A stretch of DNA of 64,000 nt, taken from positions 64,001-128,000 of the IMG/VR virus record IMGVR_UViG_3300043395_003024. One strand, 5' to 3'. Source of the stretch: a virus. How positions within the stretch are numbered: position 1 is the first letter of the stretch; each line of letters starts with the position of its first letter. This document shows positions 47,737 through 58,343 of this stretch, in pieces. A model generated the notes under the pieces. It was not told the DNA's origin. It searched no databases and worked only from the letters and a program-made list of their open reading frames with translations. The position numbers and the translations under genes were made by a program.

Positions 47737-50700
47737 ATGTCTGCAGATAATCAAGAGTTTCACATTCCCTTTGAGGAATCTCGTCGCGGTGCAAATTCAA
47801 GCCCGGAAAAGAAAGCTGCCCTAGGAAGACTTGGCCGCTATCTTGGCTCAAGAGCTATCGATAGGCCACGAATTGGCGACGGTCACCGTGATAGAAGACG
47901 CGGAAGGGACCATGGATTAAACATAGACCTGCCGACCGGCGGTAGACCGGGAAACAGACGCCCAACCGGTAGCCGCCTAGACCCAGATAATGATGGCTGG
48001 GCAGACGAGGGGACAACTAAGCCGGTATGGGTTGGCATTGGCGGTGCTGAAAATCGCAATACCCGAGCGTCAGGTACGAGAATGGCGGAAGAGCCAGACA
48101 CGTCGAGAACGCTTTCTTCAGGGAAGAAGTATCAGGAGATTGTTGATTCCCAGCCACCCGTGTCTGACGAAAAGAAAAAACTTGCATCTGAGTTTATAGA
48201 CGATATAAAGCAGGGTGAATTTTTAAAAGAAGACGTATACGAGGAAGAAAAAGGTCCTCGCCCACCACGGCCGCCTGGAATGCCGGAGCCAAAACCGTTA
48301 ATGGTAATCCAGGACAATGAAGACAGGAAGCTAGAAAAACAGCGTGTCCGCGATTTGTTGGCTGAGCTTTTTAAAGGTGAAATGACACTTGATGAAGACA
48401 TTATTATTACCACCGACGATGGGAAAAAAATAAATATAGGCAACAGGGTATTGATAGACATTGCTCCTAGCAGTGACTCGAAATACTCTACTTCTGTAAA
48501 AGTTCATAAGGCTAACGATGCGGATATCGCTGATGCCAAAGAGCTATATGGTGATACATTCGAACCGGGCGACATGCTGACCGAGGTTCAGCTTGGGTTT
48601 TTGGTTAGACCGCTTCCAGAGTACGAAAAAGAACTCATCGAATCATTAACGGACGAAAATAAAAAATCATTTCTCTCCTATGAAGATGGACGTTTATCGC
48701 TAGCACGCGCATATAGAACATATATCAATGTTTCTAATGACGAAAAAAACCTGGGATTAATTTCTCATGATTCATTTTATGTTCTTGGCATGGCTCAGGG
48801 CCAGGGGATAGGTTCGGCGTTTAATGCCAGAAATGAAAAACTATATAACGAGCTTGATGTTGCTTCGATATATACACACGGCCATTCAGGCAAGGGGGCA
48901 CGCGGCGCTGTCCATTGGCCCAAGAATGGATTTACGTGGGCTGGAGAAAACGACAAACAGAAGTTCTTATCGATAATCGACAAGGCCATCACGGAGCAAC
49001 CAGAAATATTCTCTGCGGAAGATAAAAAGAAAATATCTTCTCTATATAGAAAAAATCCAGATACTGGGCTTTTTGAAACAGAAGCAACAGCCGAGGAGCT
49101 TGTCGACTTCCCCGCCGCATATGAAGTATTTGCGGATGAAGAAGCACAGATAATGTACTCAAGGCCGCTAAAACAGCTCGCAGTGGCATCCTCGGGCCGT
49201 CTATCGTCCGGCTCAACTAAGCGTAGCTCTCGTGGAGTCCACGTATCAGAGCTGTACGACGGCGACTATGGCACGTGGGAAGAGGGGGCATTGCTCACTC
49301 CAGAATCACTATACAGACTCATATCTAGAGTGTTTGAAAAAAACGATATAGATGCGTCTTTGCCTAAATACGATGGAGCTCTTGAAAAAATAACTGAGTA
49401 TAAAGATTTTGGGTCAGTAATTAATGACTCACTAAGGCTGGGTTACACATTTGATGACCCGCGGTCCCCCAACCTGTACGAATATGCGTCTATGCAGCGG
49501 CTCCTAATGGACAACAGAATAACCGCCGGCATAACGTTGTATAGGTCAATCGCGAATACGCCAGAAATTGCATCGCTTAAAGAGGGTGACACATTTGGCG
49601 ATAGGGGCTTCCAGAGCTTTACAGTGATGGCCCCAGGCCAATACTCTGGAATGGGAGACAAAAGGCCAATAGTTCTTCGCTTATTAACAACAAAGAACAC
49701 GCGTGGCAGATACATATCTAGACGCCCAAATGACTATAACCTAGAAAACTTTGATACCCGGAAGCCTCTCGACGAAAGATATTTTGGAATAAATGAACAC
49801 GAAGTATTGCTGCCTGCTGGTGCAACATACAAGCTGGTTAAGAAGACGCAGACTGATGATGGACGTGAAATCTGGGACGTCAAACTTTCCGGTCAAGGCA
49901 AGCTCAGTTCTGGGGCAAAAGAAGTAGCACTAGATAATGTTGATTCCAATACGCTAAGTAGCGGGAAACCACCACGTCACCCAAGAACGCCAACGCTTGG
50001 TGCATTTATCGGTACTGCTGATGAAGAATTCGCAGACATAAAATCGTGGGACGAGTTTAAGAAGCTGTACGACGACAAAGAAGTTATATTTTTTGACTAT
50101 GAAACAACCGGATTAGTTTTTGACGAATTCGGGAAAGAGATTAGTAAAGGTGCGCCAGTCCAGTTCGGTGCCGTGAAAATAAAAAACGGCAAAGAGGTCG
50201 AAAGAATAAATCTGTTCATGAATCCTGGAGAGCCACTCGGTGAGTGGTCTAGGAATAATCTCAAAGATAAAGACGGAAATCCACTAACAGATGAATGGCT
50301 GGGCAGCCAGATATCTATAGACGAAGCACATAAGCAGCTGATTGAGTTTGCGGGCCCAGAAGCAATATTTGGCGTTCAGAATGCCACATTTGATAAGGGA
50401 GTTCTTGACGGCGTTCTGGAACAAATGGGTGAAAAGTGGCGCCCATCTGGATACCTGGACACGAGAGAAATAGCTTCCCTAACTCTCCCAAAGTGGACCC
50501 CGGAAACGGATGACGGTCCGTTCATGCTTGACAAAGAAGGAAATAAAAAGCCATCTAGTAGCCTTGCTGCAATAACCGAATATCTCGGAGTAAACCTCGG
50601 CGATGGCCACCATAACGCTGACTCAGATGCTTTTGCAACAAGCCAAGTAATGCGCCGGATTATTGATGGGGCTATCGAAAAGAATTGGCCGACAGATGCT

Positions 50701-53700
50701 CTGAATAAACAAAAGCGCGATTCGCTGCATAAGCAAACAGTCGACAAATTTAATGAAGAAGTAGCCCAGTTTGAAAAAGACAAAGCTTCGTATTTCGAAT
50801 CACTTTCATCAAATTCTGAGTCGCTTTCATCTGGTCGCAACCGGCCGGTCATTCAAATCAAGCCAACACAGGAACAGAAGCCAACAGAGCCAGGTAAGCG
50901 CGCGGTCAAGGGCTATGGCCAGCCTGATGCATCCGGAAAAGAAGTACGCAGAACCAACACCAAATGGCTAGCTGGGATGACTCCTGACGAAATCGCGCAA
51001 GTGGTTGTCCCAACCAGCGACGAACAGCGTTTTGAAATGTGGGCTGATGACATAGCCGGTGATACTTGGCGCACAAATCGTAAGTGGAGAAAATTCCTAG
51101 AAAAGTATTATTCGGAACTAGGCAAAGCTGACAATTCTCTACCTATTGATTATTCCCCAGAGTCGGTAAAGGCAGCACAAGACCTTGTTCGTGGGCTACT
51201 TGAGTCGTCCCCGCAGATGAGGTGGATGTTCGAGAACCATGGCGCCCCCCTGATAACAGTGTTTTCACGCGAAGCTGTAGATGCTTACGAAAACAACGGG
51301 GATATGAAACAGCGCATGGAGCAGCTACGGATTCAGCGCGGGGTAGAGAAGACGCCATTCGTTAGTGGGCTCGCAGTGCGCGAATACGGGCTCATTGGAT
51401 TTACACCGCGAGCAATAATTGATAGGGAGTCGTTAACGACATCCGAAAAGGGCGTATATCCAATTTCACTAAATCCAGACAGGCTCCCAGAACCGCGCGA
51501 TGCACATATGGACAGAAGCCTTGAGGGCACACTAGTGCACGAATATGGCCACTGGCTCCACTATCGCGCCATATGGGATACGGAGACAAATGGGGCATCC
51601 GGCAAGGCGCGTTCGTACTACGGAAATGGCGATTTAAGGGACCCTAAATACACCGCAGCACTCGATGTTGCTGAGGAATATGCAAACCCCGATACGGACA
51701 ATGAAGCAATAGAAATATATACGCAGTTTGTTGACCTGACTGGTCGTGACGCCGAGGAAATGTTTAGGGCAAATCCGGACAAAGCGCTAACTGCAACATC
51801 TTATGGAAATGTCAATAAGCGCGAAGCAATAGCTGAGGCGTTTGTTGCAATAATGCACCCAAACAGAGAAATGGCAAAGCGCGCTTTAAGCAAAAAATTG
51901 CGCGATGACATTTACACCCTTGCTGGGGTAGATAAAGATGACCTTCCGTGGGATAGACGTGCGGACGGGCGTCCGACAATAAGACTTTCTTCTGGGGCTA
52001 CGCAAAAACCAGAGCGCGAGAAGCGCAGGGGACGGATGGCCAGGGCGCTAAGACAGCTCATAGGCGGGGACGAGGCTGCCGAAGAACCAGAGAAGACTCA
52101 GGAGCCATACACATTCGAGGCCCCAGAAAGGCCGGAAGGCCTAGCATCCTTTGCTACAGGACCATCTGAGCGCCTGCGCGCCTCGCTTCCAATACCCTCA
52201 GAGGAGGATTTAACTGCGGAACTAGAACATGACGTGAGGGCAATGATTCTTGACCCAGTTATCGAGGGCCTATCCACACTTGATGTAACAGGGTTTGGCG
52301 TAAGCATGTTTTCATCCGAGGAGGATAGAAAAGCTAGCTCCTCAGCAAAGAGAATGATTGCGTCAAATATTGCAGAAACAGCAAAGATTGAACCGCGTGA
52401 ATTCATTAAATCGTTCTCTGAAGAATCAATTAAAGAAAGCGGTCTAGATTTAGCTGCTCAACGAAGATTTTTCCATGCGGCTGCAAATTTCAGGGCACTA
52501 AAAGGAATATTTGATGCCGTTGACAATCTTCCAGAAAATGCAACTGAAGAAGAAAGGCGTGCTGCCGGAAGGTTTGCTATTGACAGGTCCTCTGGCGCGG
52601 TGGTGTCCGTAGAGAAGCATGACAAAATAATCCAAAAGAGGTTCTGGTTTGACGAAATCATAGATGAGCTGGAAAAACGCTCATACGAGGACCTGTTCGG
52701 CGACAAATGGAATGAACTAACAAACATTGCGCTAGGCGACGAGAAGTCAATATTGACTCCATACTTGATAACGCGTCTTGGTGGAGACGAAATCAAAAAA
52801 GACATGCTCAATTTTGGCCTCCAAATAAGGACAATGTTCAACGATTTAATAGCGGAGATGAAGGGCGCTAACGGCGCCGACCGTAAAGACCCGCTAACTG
52901 GAAGACCATTGAAAGACGGGGATGGATTAGCCCTAATGTTCTCTCCAATGGGCGAGATTGACCCACGCACAGGAAAGCCTGGGATGGCATTGATTTCTAA
53001 GGGTGGCTCAATAAGTGACCAGTACGCAAGGGATTTCAAATCACTTATCCGTGATGGAAAGATTGTTCCAGAGCTAGAAAGAACAGATGAGCAACACAAG
53101 GCCTACGACAGACTTTACGTAAATTACGGAGCGAAAGATGACTACCTGGAGAGGGTGGCAGCTGCTGGATTATTTGTTGTTGACGCAACAAATGTTGATT
53201 CCCCAGAAACAAAAGAATTATTAAAAAACTTTTTGATAAATAGATTGCGGTTTATTGCCGGCAATGCAGAGGATTATAAAGCGCGTTATGAATACAAGAG
53301 CGGTATTTCATTTTTCGATATAAATTCTCCGGAAGGGATAAGAGAGGCGCGGTTAGCAATAGTTTCCGACATCATCCATACATGGGCAATTTCTTCCAAT
53401 AACTCAAACCCTGTAGCCATGGCAATACAGCACGAAGCACGAAAAATGTTTGGGCTGGACGATGCAGTTGGTTGGTACGGAGGCGTGCGTGGCAAGAGAA
53501 ATGACATTCTCTACGATTCGGCTATACCGATTGAGCGGCGTTCAGAGTTTGGCGACCTTGCTTTTGACGATACCCCAGAACTTAGCGAAAAACAGTCAGA
53601 AGTGATTCGCTCTGTAGTGAAGGCAATATACGACGCTACGCAGCATTACTACAAGTCAAAAGGAATTACGCATCTTGGTGTATGGCGAGGCATGAAAGCC

Positions 53701-56583
53701 ACGCCACAAATGGCAGTCGGAAGAGGAGAGATTGCCGAAAGAGAAGTGGCTATGCGTCCGCTTTCGTCGTGGACAACGAGCAGCACTATGGCCCAGGCTT
53801 TTTCAACATCGCTCGCTGCCGCTAAAAAACCAGGGATAGATGCGCTAGAGGAAGCTCAGGCTGTATTTGATTCAAACGTCCTCATGAAGGCATACATTCC
53901 TGTAGAACAAATATTCTCAAACCCACTAACCGGATTTGGCTGCCTCGGAGAGGACGAGGTTGTAGTGCTTGGTCGTCCAACAAAGACGTTGATGATTACT
54001 CCTCCGGCTAATTTCCTTCCGGAAATGCCATCTGATGGCGAAGGGACGGAAGGTGCTCGCGAAGTCATCCAACAAACACTTGATATTGCTACAAACAGAG
54101 ACAAGATTACAAACGCCGCATATAGGGAATTGCGTAGGACGGGATTTGACAAATTCAGCAGTGGTCCAACGCGTAATGATTCAGAAAGACTTTCGTCAGG
54201 CGCCAGACTGTCCCAGGTCACGGAAAAACTACCGATAGAGGGAGAGCTTAGCGTAGCTGAAACGACCGGAGAAACGGAAGGTGGCATATCCAAGATTGCA
54301 TTTGGAAAAAGAATTGCCGCAGTACTTGAAAAGACACTTGGAATTACTCTCGATGACTATCAGAGAAAAACAATTCAAGATATAATGCCAAATCTTCTTA
54401 AAGCGCTGAACAAAAGAAGGCTTCAGGAAGTGAAGCCACACCCCGCGTTCAGTGATACAGGAAGACAATTACTAGACTCAATATCGATAAGCATCGCTGC
54501 AGACGGTATACCCTTCGTGTCGGCTGACCCAATCCCGCAGATAGCGGAACACATACCAAAGAAAATTGATTGGAGAACAGTGGAACTTCCTTCGCGTAGT
54601 TCGTTGCTTCCAATCCTTGACAGGGCAGTGGCCGGTTCGCTGTTGTTTGACGACGAAAAGAAAGAATGGTTAGATGTTTTGGGCAACGCTGTTGCAAGAC
54701 AAGCTTCAGTAAATGGTGAATCAGTTCTCCAATATGTAGACGAAGCGGCAAAAGCTAAATTCCCACTTTTGGAAGCTATAGCACCAAAGGGTTATGTACT
54801 ACCATCCGACGCAATAGGGAATAGCGCCCTCCAGCGTGATGTGCTGCCCGGGATATATGGCGAAGCATGGCGTAAACACAGCGAATTTATGATGGAGCTG
54901 GCTGCAAAAGCTGGCGCAGCGATGGGTGACAATTCCCTGTTTGATGGAACGAAAAACAGAAGAGATTCCAGTTCTTTTGTTGAGTCGTACGTCGGAGGAA
55001 TAGAGGACCCTATCTACTTCAATATGGGCCTATCTGGAAAGGCGCTTCAGGCCCTCCACGACCTATTCGGACACCTTGGTACTGGCCGCGCATTTGACAG
55101 ACACGGAGAATGGGCAAATGACATTGCCATGATGTCAATGGCGGACCACCCCGACTCTCCGCTATCCGACTTAGAGAAGCTTGCTGTAAAGCATTTGCAC
55201 TTCCAGTTATATGCAGCAAGAAGACTTGGACGCTCACGGCGAGATGATTCTGGCGACCCCGGCTTCATACATGCAGTGACGGATACGTTTGGTATAAGGG
55301 ATGGCGAGCTCAGGGGGAGGCGGGTTTCGCTTGTTTATGCAGGCGACTTCCGAACGGCAGCCGAGGAGATGGAGAGGGTCTCGATTAACAACAAGCTGTC
55401 ATCAGGCAGAAAGAAAATTCAAGATGCGTCAAAAGACGATATAGAGCTAGCCGTAGCCCAGGACATTATCGGCCATAGTGAATCACGAGCCAGGCGATTC
55501 AAGCCAAGCAAATCAACTCGCTTATCTTCTGGGAAGGTTATTAAATATAACCTGATTGAAGCGCGCATGAAGGCCAGCGATATGAGGATTACTTTCAATC
55601 GTGACCCGGAGAGAGTTGCCGCGGTGAAAGCAACGCTCACCAAGGGCTTTATGGGCGGCTTTACCGTCGAAGTCGACAGGATGGATGACATAAAAGAAGG
55701 TATAGCCATAGCCAGAAATAAGCACGGCATGAAAGTTGACGCCGTAGCAGATTTTGACGCTGAAGGTAATCCGTCTGACGAGCTAGTAGAAACCTTCTTG
55801 TCATGGATGGACTTCCATGGGCCTAAAACGTTTGCAAACCCAAAGCAGGGGGCAGACAAAACAACAATCGGCGGATGGGTTTCCGATGGGACAGTCTACC
55901 TTGATGTTGTTGACGTTTATCCAAACAATGAAGAGAACCTTTCCAGGGCTGCCGACATGGGGCTCCAGGAAGACCAAATAGCCGTAACCGACCTGAACAA
56001 GCTTTGGGAATTGCTTGGACGAAATGAAGACCCAAGCCCTGCATTTATTGACTCTGGTGGCACTGGTGGATTCACCCTAGACGAGGAGTCGGTAAGAAAA
56101 GTTAGTGCCGCACTGAGCGAACTTAAGTCAAACAAGTTCAATACTGGCTCTTCGCATCTCAAACGAATTGGTAACACCAGGAAATTTACCGAGGGCCCAA
56201 TAACTGGAGCTCGTAGGGTCAGGAATACAGATTTATCCACAGGTGAAACCAATGATTACTGGGTAATTTCCGGAGCGGACGGAATGGTAAAAGTATTTAC
56301 GCATGAACAGTACATCAAGGTAAGGGACGGAAAAATACAGGGCCTATTTGACAAAATGTCAAATCCTTCTGACATTCTCAGAAGCATGTTCGAGGCTGAG
56401 AAGTTGAAGCCAGCGGCCACGATGTCTTTCGGAAGTAGGCGTACGGTTGGCAAGCCGACGATATCCAAGGAGCATAAGGGTCGCGGTCTGGCTGCGGCGA
56501 TGGCAAATCTATATGGATTTGCAAATGGCCTAAATAATGTCGGAGTTCAAATGGGCGACAAGGTTGTCGCGGCTATGGCGTGA
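47737..56583 (+). CDS. Giant polyprotein 3: GNAT, ART, DEDDh exonuclease, zincin, second ART, HDxxGH domain, unknown/GNAT-like C-terminus
   Basis: Domains listed separately; 9 LSSG + 1 FSSG at segment junctions. Confidence 0.85.
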   Translation: MSADNQEFHIPFEESRRGANSSPEKKAALGRLGRYLGSRAIDRPRIGDGHRDRRRGRDHGLNIDLPTGGRPGNRRPTGSRLDPDNDGWADEGTTKPVWVGIGGAENRNTRASGTRMAEEPDTSRTLSSGKKYQEIVDSQPPVSDEKKKLASEFIDDIKQGEFLKEDVYEEEKGPRPPRPPGMPEPKPLMVIQDNEDRKLEKQRVRDLLAELFKGEMTLDEDIIITTDDGKKINIGNRVLIDIAPSSDSKYSTSVKVHKANDADIADAKELYGDTFEPGDMLTEVQLGFLVRPLPEYEKELIESLTDENKKSFLSYEDGRLSLARAYRTYINVSNDEKNLGLISHDSFYVLGMAQGQGIGSAFNARNEKLYNELDVASIYTHGHSGKGARGAVHWPKNGFTWAGENDKQKFLSIIDKAITEQPEIFSAEDKKKISSLYRKNPDTGLFETEATAEELVDFPAAYEVFADEEAQIMYSRPLKQLAVASSGRLSSGSTKRSSRGVHVSELYDGDYGTWEEGALLTPESLYRLISRVFEKNDIDASLPKYDGALEKITEYKDFGSVINDSLRLGYTFDDPRSPNLYEYASMQRLLMDNRITAGITLYRSIANTPEIASLKEGDTFGDRGFQSFTVMAPGQYSGMGDKRPIVLRLLTTKNTRGRYISRRPNDYNLENFDTRKPLDERYFGINEHEVLLPAGATYKLVKKTQTDDGREIWDVKLSGQGKLSSGAKEVALDNVDSNTLSSGKPPRHPRTPTLGAFIGTADEEFADIKSWDEFKKLYDDKEVIFFDYETTGLVFDEFGKEISKGAPVQFGAVKIKNGKEVERINLFMNPGEPLGEWSRNNLKDKDGNPLTDEWLGSQISIDEAHKQLIEFAGPEAIFGVQNATFDKGVLDGVLEQMGEKWRPSGYLDTREIASLTLPKWTPETDDGPFMLDKEGNKKPSSSLAAITEYLGVNLGDGHHNADSDAFATSQVMRRIIDGAIEKNWPTDALNKQKRDSLHKQTVDKFNEEVAQFEKDKASYFESLSSNSESLSSGRNRPVIQIKPTQEQKPTEPGKRAVKGYGQPDASGKEVRRTNTKWLAGMTPDEIAQVVVPTSDEQRFEMWADDIAGDTWRTNRKWRKFLEKYYSELGKADNSLPIDYSPESVKAAQDLVRGLLESSPQMRWMFENHGAPLITVFSREAVDAYENNGDMKQRMEQLRIQRGVEKTPFVSGLAVREYGLIGFTPRAIIDRESLTTSEKGVYPISLNPDRLPEPRDAHMDRSLEGTLVHEYGHWLHYRAIWDTETNGASGKARSYYGNGDLRDPKYTAALDVAEEYANPDTDNEAIEIYTQFVDLTGRDAEEMFRANPDKALTATSYGNVNKREAIAEAFVAIMHPNREMAKRALSKKLRDDIYTLAGVDKDDLPWDRRADGRPTIRLSSGATQKPEREKRRGRMARALRQLIGGDEAAEEPEKTQEPYTFEAPERPEGLASFATGPSERLRASLPIPSEEDLTAELEHDVRAMILDPVIEGLSTLDVTGFGVSMFSSEEDRKASSSAKRMIASNIAETAKIEPREFIKSFSEESIKESGLDLAAQRRFFHAAANFRALKGIFDAVDNLPENATEEERRAAGRFAIDRSSGAVVSVEKHDKIIQKRFWFDEIIDELEKRSYEDLFGDKWNELTNIALGDEKSILTPYLITRLGGDEIKKDMLNFGLQIRTMFNDLIAEMKGANGADRKDPLTGRPLKDGDGLALMFSPMGEIDPRTGKPGMALISKGGSISDQYARDFKSLIRDGKIVPELERTDEQHKAYDRLYVNYGAKDDYLERVAAAGLFVVDATNVDSPETKELLKNFLINRLRFIAGNAEDYKARYEYKSGISFFDINSPEGIREARLAIVSDIIHTWAISSNNSNPVAMAIQHEARKMFGLDDAVGWYGGVRGKRNDILYDSAIPIERRSEFGDLAFDDTPELSEKQSEVIRSVVKAIYDATQHYYKSKGITHLGVWRGMKATPQMAVGRGEIAEREVAMRPLSSWTTSSTMAQAFSTSLAAAKKPGIDALEEAQAVFDSNVLMKAYIPVEQIFSNPLTGFGCLGEDEVVVLGRPTKTLMITPPANFLPEMPSDGEGTEGAREVIQQTLDIATNRDKITNAAYRELRRTGFDKFSSGPTRNDSERLSSGARLSQVTEKLPIEGELSVAETTGETEGGISKIAFGKRIAAVLEKTLGITLDDYQRKTIQDIMPNLLKALNKRRLQEVKPHPAFSDTGRQLLDSISISIAADGIPFVSADPIPQIAEHIPKKIDWRTVELPSRSSLLPILDRAVAGSLLFDDEKKEWLDVLGNAVARQASVNGESVLQYVDEAAKAKFPLLEAIAPKGYVLPSDAIGNSALQRDVLPGIYGEAWRKHSEFMMELAAKAGAAMGDNSLFDGTKNRRDSSSFVESYVGGIEDPIYFNMGLSGKALQALHDLFGHLGTGRAFDRHGEWANDIAMMSMADHPDSPLSDLEKLAVKHLHFQLYAARRLGRSRRDDSGDPGFIHAVTDTFGIRDGELRGRRVSLVYAGDFRTAAEEMERVSINNKLSSGRKKIQDASKDDIELAVAQDIIGHSESRARRFKPSKSTRLSSGKVIKYNLIEARMKASDMRITFNRDPERVAAVKATLTKGFMGGFTVEVDRMDDIKEGIAIARNKHGMKVDAVADFDAEGNPSDELVETFLSWMDFHGPKTFANPKQGADKTTIGGWVSDGTVYLDVVDVYPNNEENLSRAADMGLQEDQIAVTDLNKLWELLGRNEDPSPAFIDSGGTGGFTLDEESVRKVSAALSELKSNKFNTGSSHLKRIGNTRKFTEGPITGARRVRNTDLSTGETNDYWVISGADGMVKVFTHEQYIKVRDGKIQGLFDKMSNPSDILRSMFEAEKLKPAATMSFGSRRTVGKPTISKEHKGRGLAAAMANLYGFANGLNNVGVQMGDKVVAAMA
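48124..49200 (+). other. GNAT-like acetyltransferase segment
   Basis: AQGQGIGSAF acetyl-CoA motif; GAVHWPKNGF. Confidence 0.65.
49213..49902 (+). other. R-S-E ADP-ribosyltransferase (VIP2/Alt-like) segment
   Basis: ITLYRSI, DRGFQSFT, NEHEVLLPAG. Confidence 0.8.
49966..50823 (+). other. DEDDh 3'-5' exonuclease (DnaQ-like) segment
   Basis: FFDYETTG, QNATFD, YLDT, HNADSDA. Confidence 0.88.
50836..51984 (+). other. Zincin metallopeptidase segment
   Basis: TLVHEYGHWLH (51538) + TSYGNVNKREAIAEAF. Confidence 0.8.
51997..54153 (+). other. Segment ending in a second ART-like domain
   Basis: VWRGM, PLSSWTTS, GEDEVVVLG at ~53670-53990. Confidence 0.65.
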
Positions 56584-56594
56584 GGTTAAAGACA

Positions 56595-56849
56595 ATGGCT
56601 GAACTAATGATTATTGATGATTCACAGGAAAACTGCGATTTTACGAAATTTAGGCAATTGGACATTCCCGGGGTTAGCAACATCTACCAGCTCATGGAGC
56701 GTGCTGGTGTTGAGTATCAGGCGGAAGACGGCGACGAGCAGGTTGTGCGTTTTGCCGAATCTCATCCATGGGTTGACAACATGAACCTAGAGACAGCATG
56801 GATAATTAATAGCGCCCGCAAGCGGGTAGAGAAGAAAAACAAACCATGA
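56595..56849 (+). CDS. Small acidic hypothetical protein
   Basis: Immediately downstream of polyprotein 3. Confidence 0.6.
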   Translation: MAELMIIDDSQENCDFTKFRQLDIPGVSNIYQLMERAGVEYQAEDGDEQVVRFAESHPWVDNMNLETAWIINSARKRVEKKNKP

Positions 56850-57343
56850 GAGAATATAAAAACTCCATAGAGTCCCCGGCGTGGGTAGAAGATTCGATTA
56901 TCAAGTTTGTTGAAGACGCGCCGGGCATGCTTGAGAAGACGGCAAAAATGTCTTATACAAAGCCAGAGCTGCGCGAGAAAATCAAGAATCGTATTATGGC
57001 TGGTTCGCGTGGCGGGAAACCGGGGCAGTGGAGCGCGCGCAAGGCCCAGCTCGTTGCCATGGAATACCGCAAGGCTGGCGGTGGGTACAGGGGCAAGCCG
57101 AAGAAGGCCCAGCGCTCACTGAAGAAGTGGACAAGAGAAAAATGGACTACATCCGATGGAAAACCGGCAATCAGAAAGGGCGGCACGCGGAGATATTTGC
57201 CAGCAAAAGCATGGTCAAAGCTGACACCAGCGCAAAGAGCCGCCACTAATCGTAAGAAGGTAATAGGAAGCCGCAAGGGCAGGCAGTTTGTAGCGAATAC
57301 AGAATCTGCGGCCAGTGCCGGGAAAAAAGTTAGAAATAGCTAA
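56846..57343 (+). CDS. Basic protein (DUF5872-like)
   Basis: YTKPELRE...GGKPGQWSARKAQL...YRKAGGGY...LKKWTREKW. Confidence 0.75.
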   Translation: MREYKNSIESPAWVEDSIIKFVEDAPGMLEKTAKMSYTKPELREKIKNRIMAGSRGGKPGQWSARKAQLVAMEYRKAGGGYRGKPKKAQRSLKKWTREKWTTSDGKPAIRKGGTRRYLPAKAWSKLTPAQRAATNRKKVIGSRKGRQFVANTESAASAGKKVRNS

Positions 57344-57355
57344 AGGACGATTATA

Positions 57356-57541
57356 ATGTCATCACGTTTTGATGAAGACGACGACGAGTATTTAGAGCTT
57401 CTGGCCGAATACGAGCGATATATCCAGCACAGCCCTGGGGCATACGAGGACTTCGACGACTGGCTTGAAGTAGAGTATGGTAACTCACGACGCAAAGCCC
57501 TGAAGAGGAACGTGCGGCGCTCTAAAGAGAAGGACTTTTAG
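57356..57541 (+). CDS. Small hypothetical protein
   Basis: AAGGA RBS, acidic then basic halves. Confidence 0.55.
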   Translation: MSSRFDEDDDEYLELLAEYERYIQHSPGAYEDFDDWLEVEYGNSRRKALKRNVRRSKEKDF

Positions 57542-57542
57542 T

Positions 57543-57743
57543 ATGACATTCCCGGGATTCGATGGAGATATACGTCTTCTGGCAGACATTGCTGCAGTTG
57601 ACCAAAAGCGAAATATTCAGGGAGAAGAGCGCGCCCTGGACTTGGTCGCCGCATACGAGCACATGCGTCGCAACATGCGCTACAAGACTGGAGAAAAGGT
57701 ATTCCCTGAATTAGAAGACGAGGCTCAGGATGACGGAGAATAG
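57543..57743 (+). CDS. Small hypothetical protein
   Basis: Tight operon spacing. Confidence 0.55.
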   Translation: MTFPGFDGDIRLLADIAAVDQKRNIQGEERALDLVAAYEHMRRNMRYKTGEKVFPELEDEAQDDGE

Positions 57744-57879
57744 ACTTCCCCGAGTGCGACCAATTCCCGACGACATCTTCAACAAATCTGATGAAGAGCG
57801 CCGGGAATGGGCCAAGAGTTTTCTTCGTGATTTCATTCGCCCTGGAGAAACCAAGGACGAACCGCCAACCGAGGACTAA
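57730..57879 (+). CDS. Small hypothetical protein (49 aa)
   Basis: MTENRLPRVRPIPDDIFNKSDEERREWAK...; overlaps previous gene. Confidence 0.45.
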   Translation: MTENRLPRVRPIPDDIFNKSDEERREWAKSFLRDFIRPGETKDEPPTED

Positions 57880-58127
57880 GACTTACGAGTCTTCTTTGTC
57901 TTCGGAGCTGCTGTTGTCGCTGACTGCTCCTTGATGAGGTCGTTCATTTCCGTCTCGTAGATTTCGTTGAACTCATCAGCGTGACGAGCCTTGAGAACTA
58001 GATGGGCACGGCGACGAGCCTCTTGGCGAAGCGAGTTGCGAAGCTGCGAAGCAGCCTTTTGCTCAGGGCTATGACGAGGGCGACCTCGATTGATTCCCTT
58101 TTCGCGAAGCTTGTTGTATTCCGACAT
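57876..58127 (-). CDS. Small basic protein with AT-hook-like RGRPR
   Basis: GGGGAG RBS; NRGRPR. Confidence 0.65.
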   Translation of the reverse strand: MSEYNKLREKGINRGRPRHSPEQKAASQLRNSLRQEARRRAHLVLKARHADEFNEIYETEMNDLIKEQSATTAAPKTKKTRKS

Positions 58128-58258
58128 TTCTATCTCCCCGTTTATAAGTAGGTGAATGGGTTGAGCAAATCATAAGGCACTGTTTTTTGTTTGGCAACAC
58201 TTTCGCAGAGATTTTTTTGAGATATTTTTTTCTTCAAAAATCACCCCCAAAATGCAGA

Positions 58259-58324
58259 AAACCCGGCCATTCTGGGTTTCCCCAGGGGCCGGGCCTGCTG
58301 TCCGTCTAGGCCTCTCAGGGCCTA
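58259..58324 (-). terminator. Hairpins downstream of ssb (probable terminator)
   Basis: CCCGGCC/GGCCGGG stem followed on the minus strand by TTTT; second TAGGCC/GGCCTA stem. Confidence 0.5.
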
Positions 58325-58343
58325 TTTAACGGCTATTTCGTTC

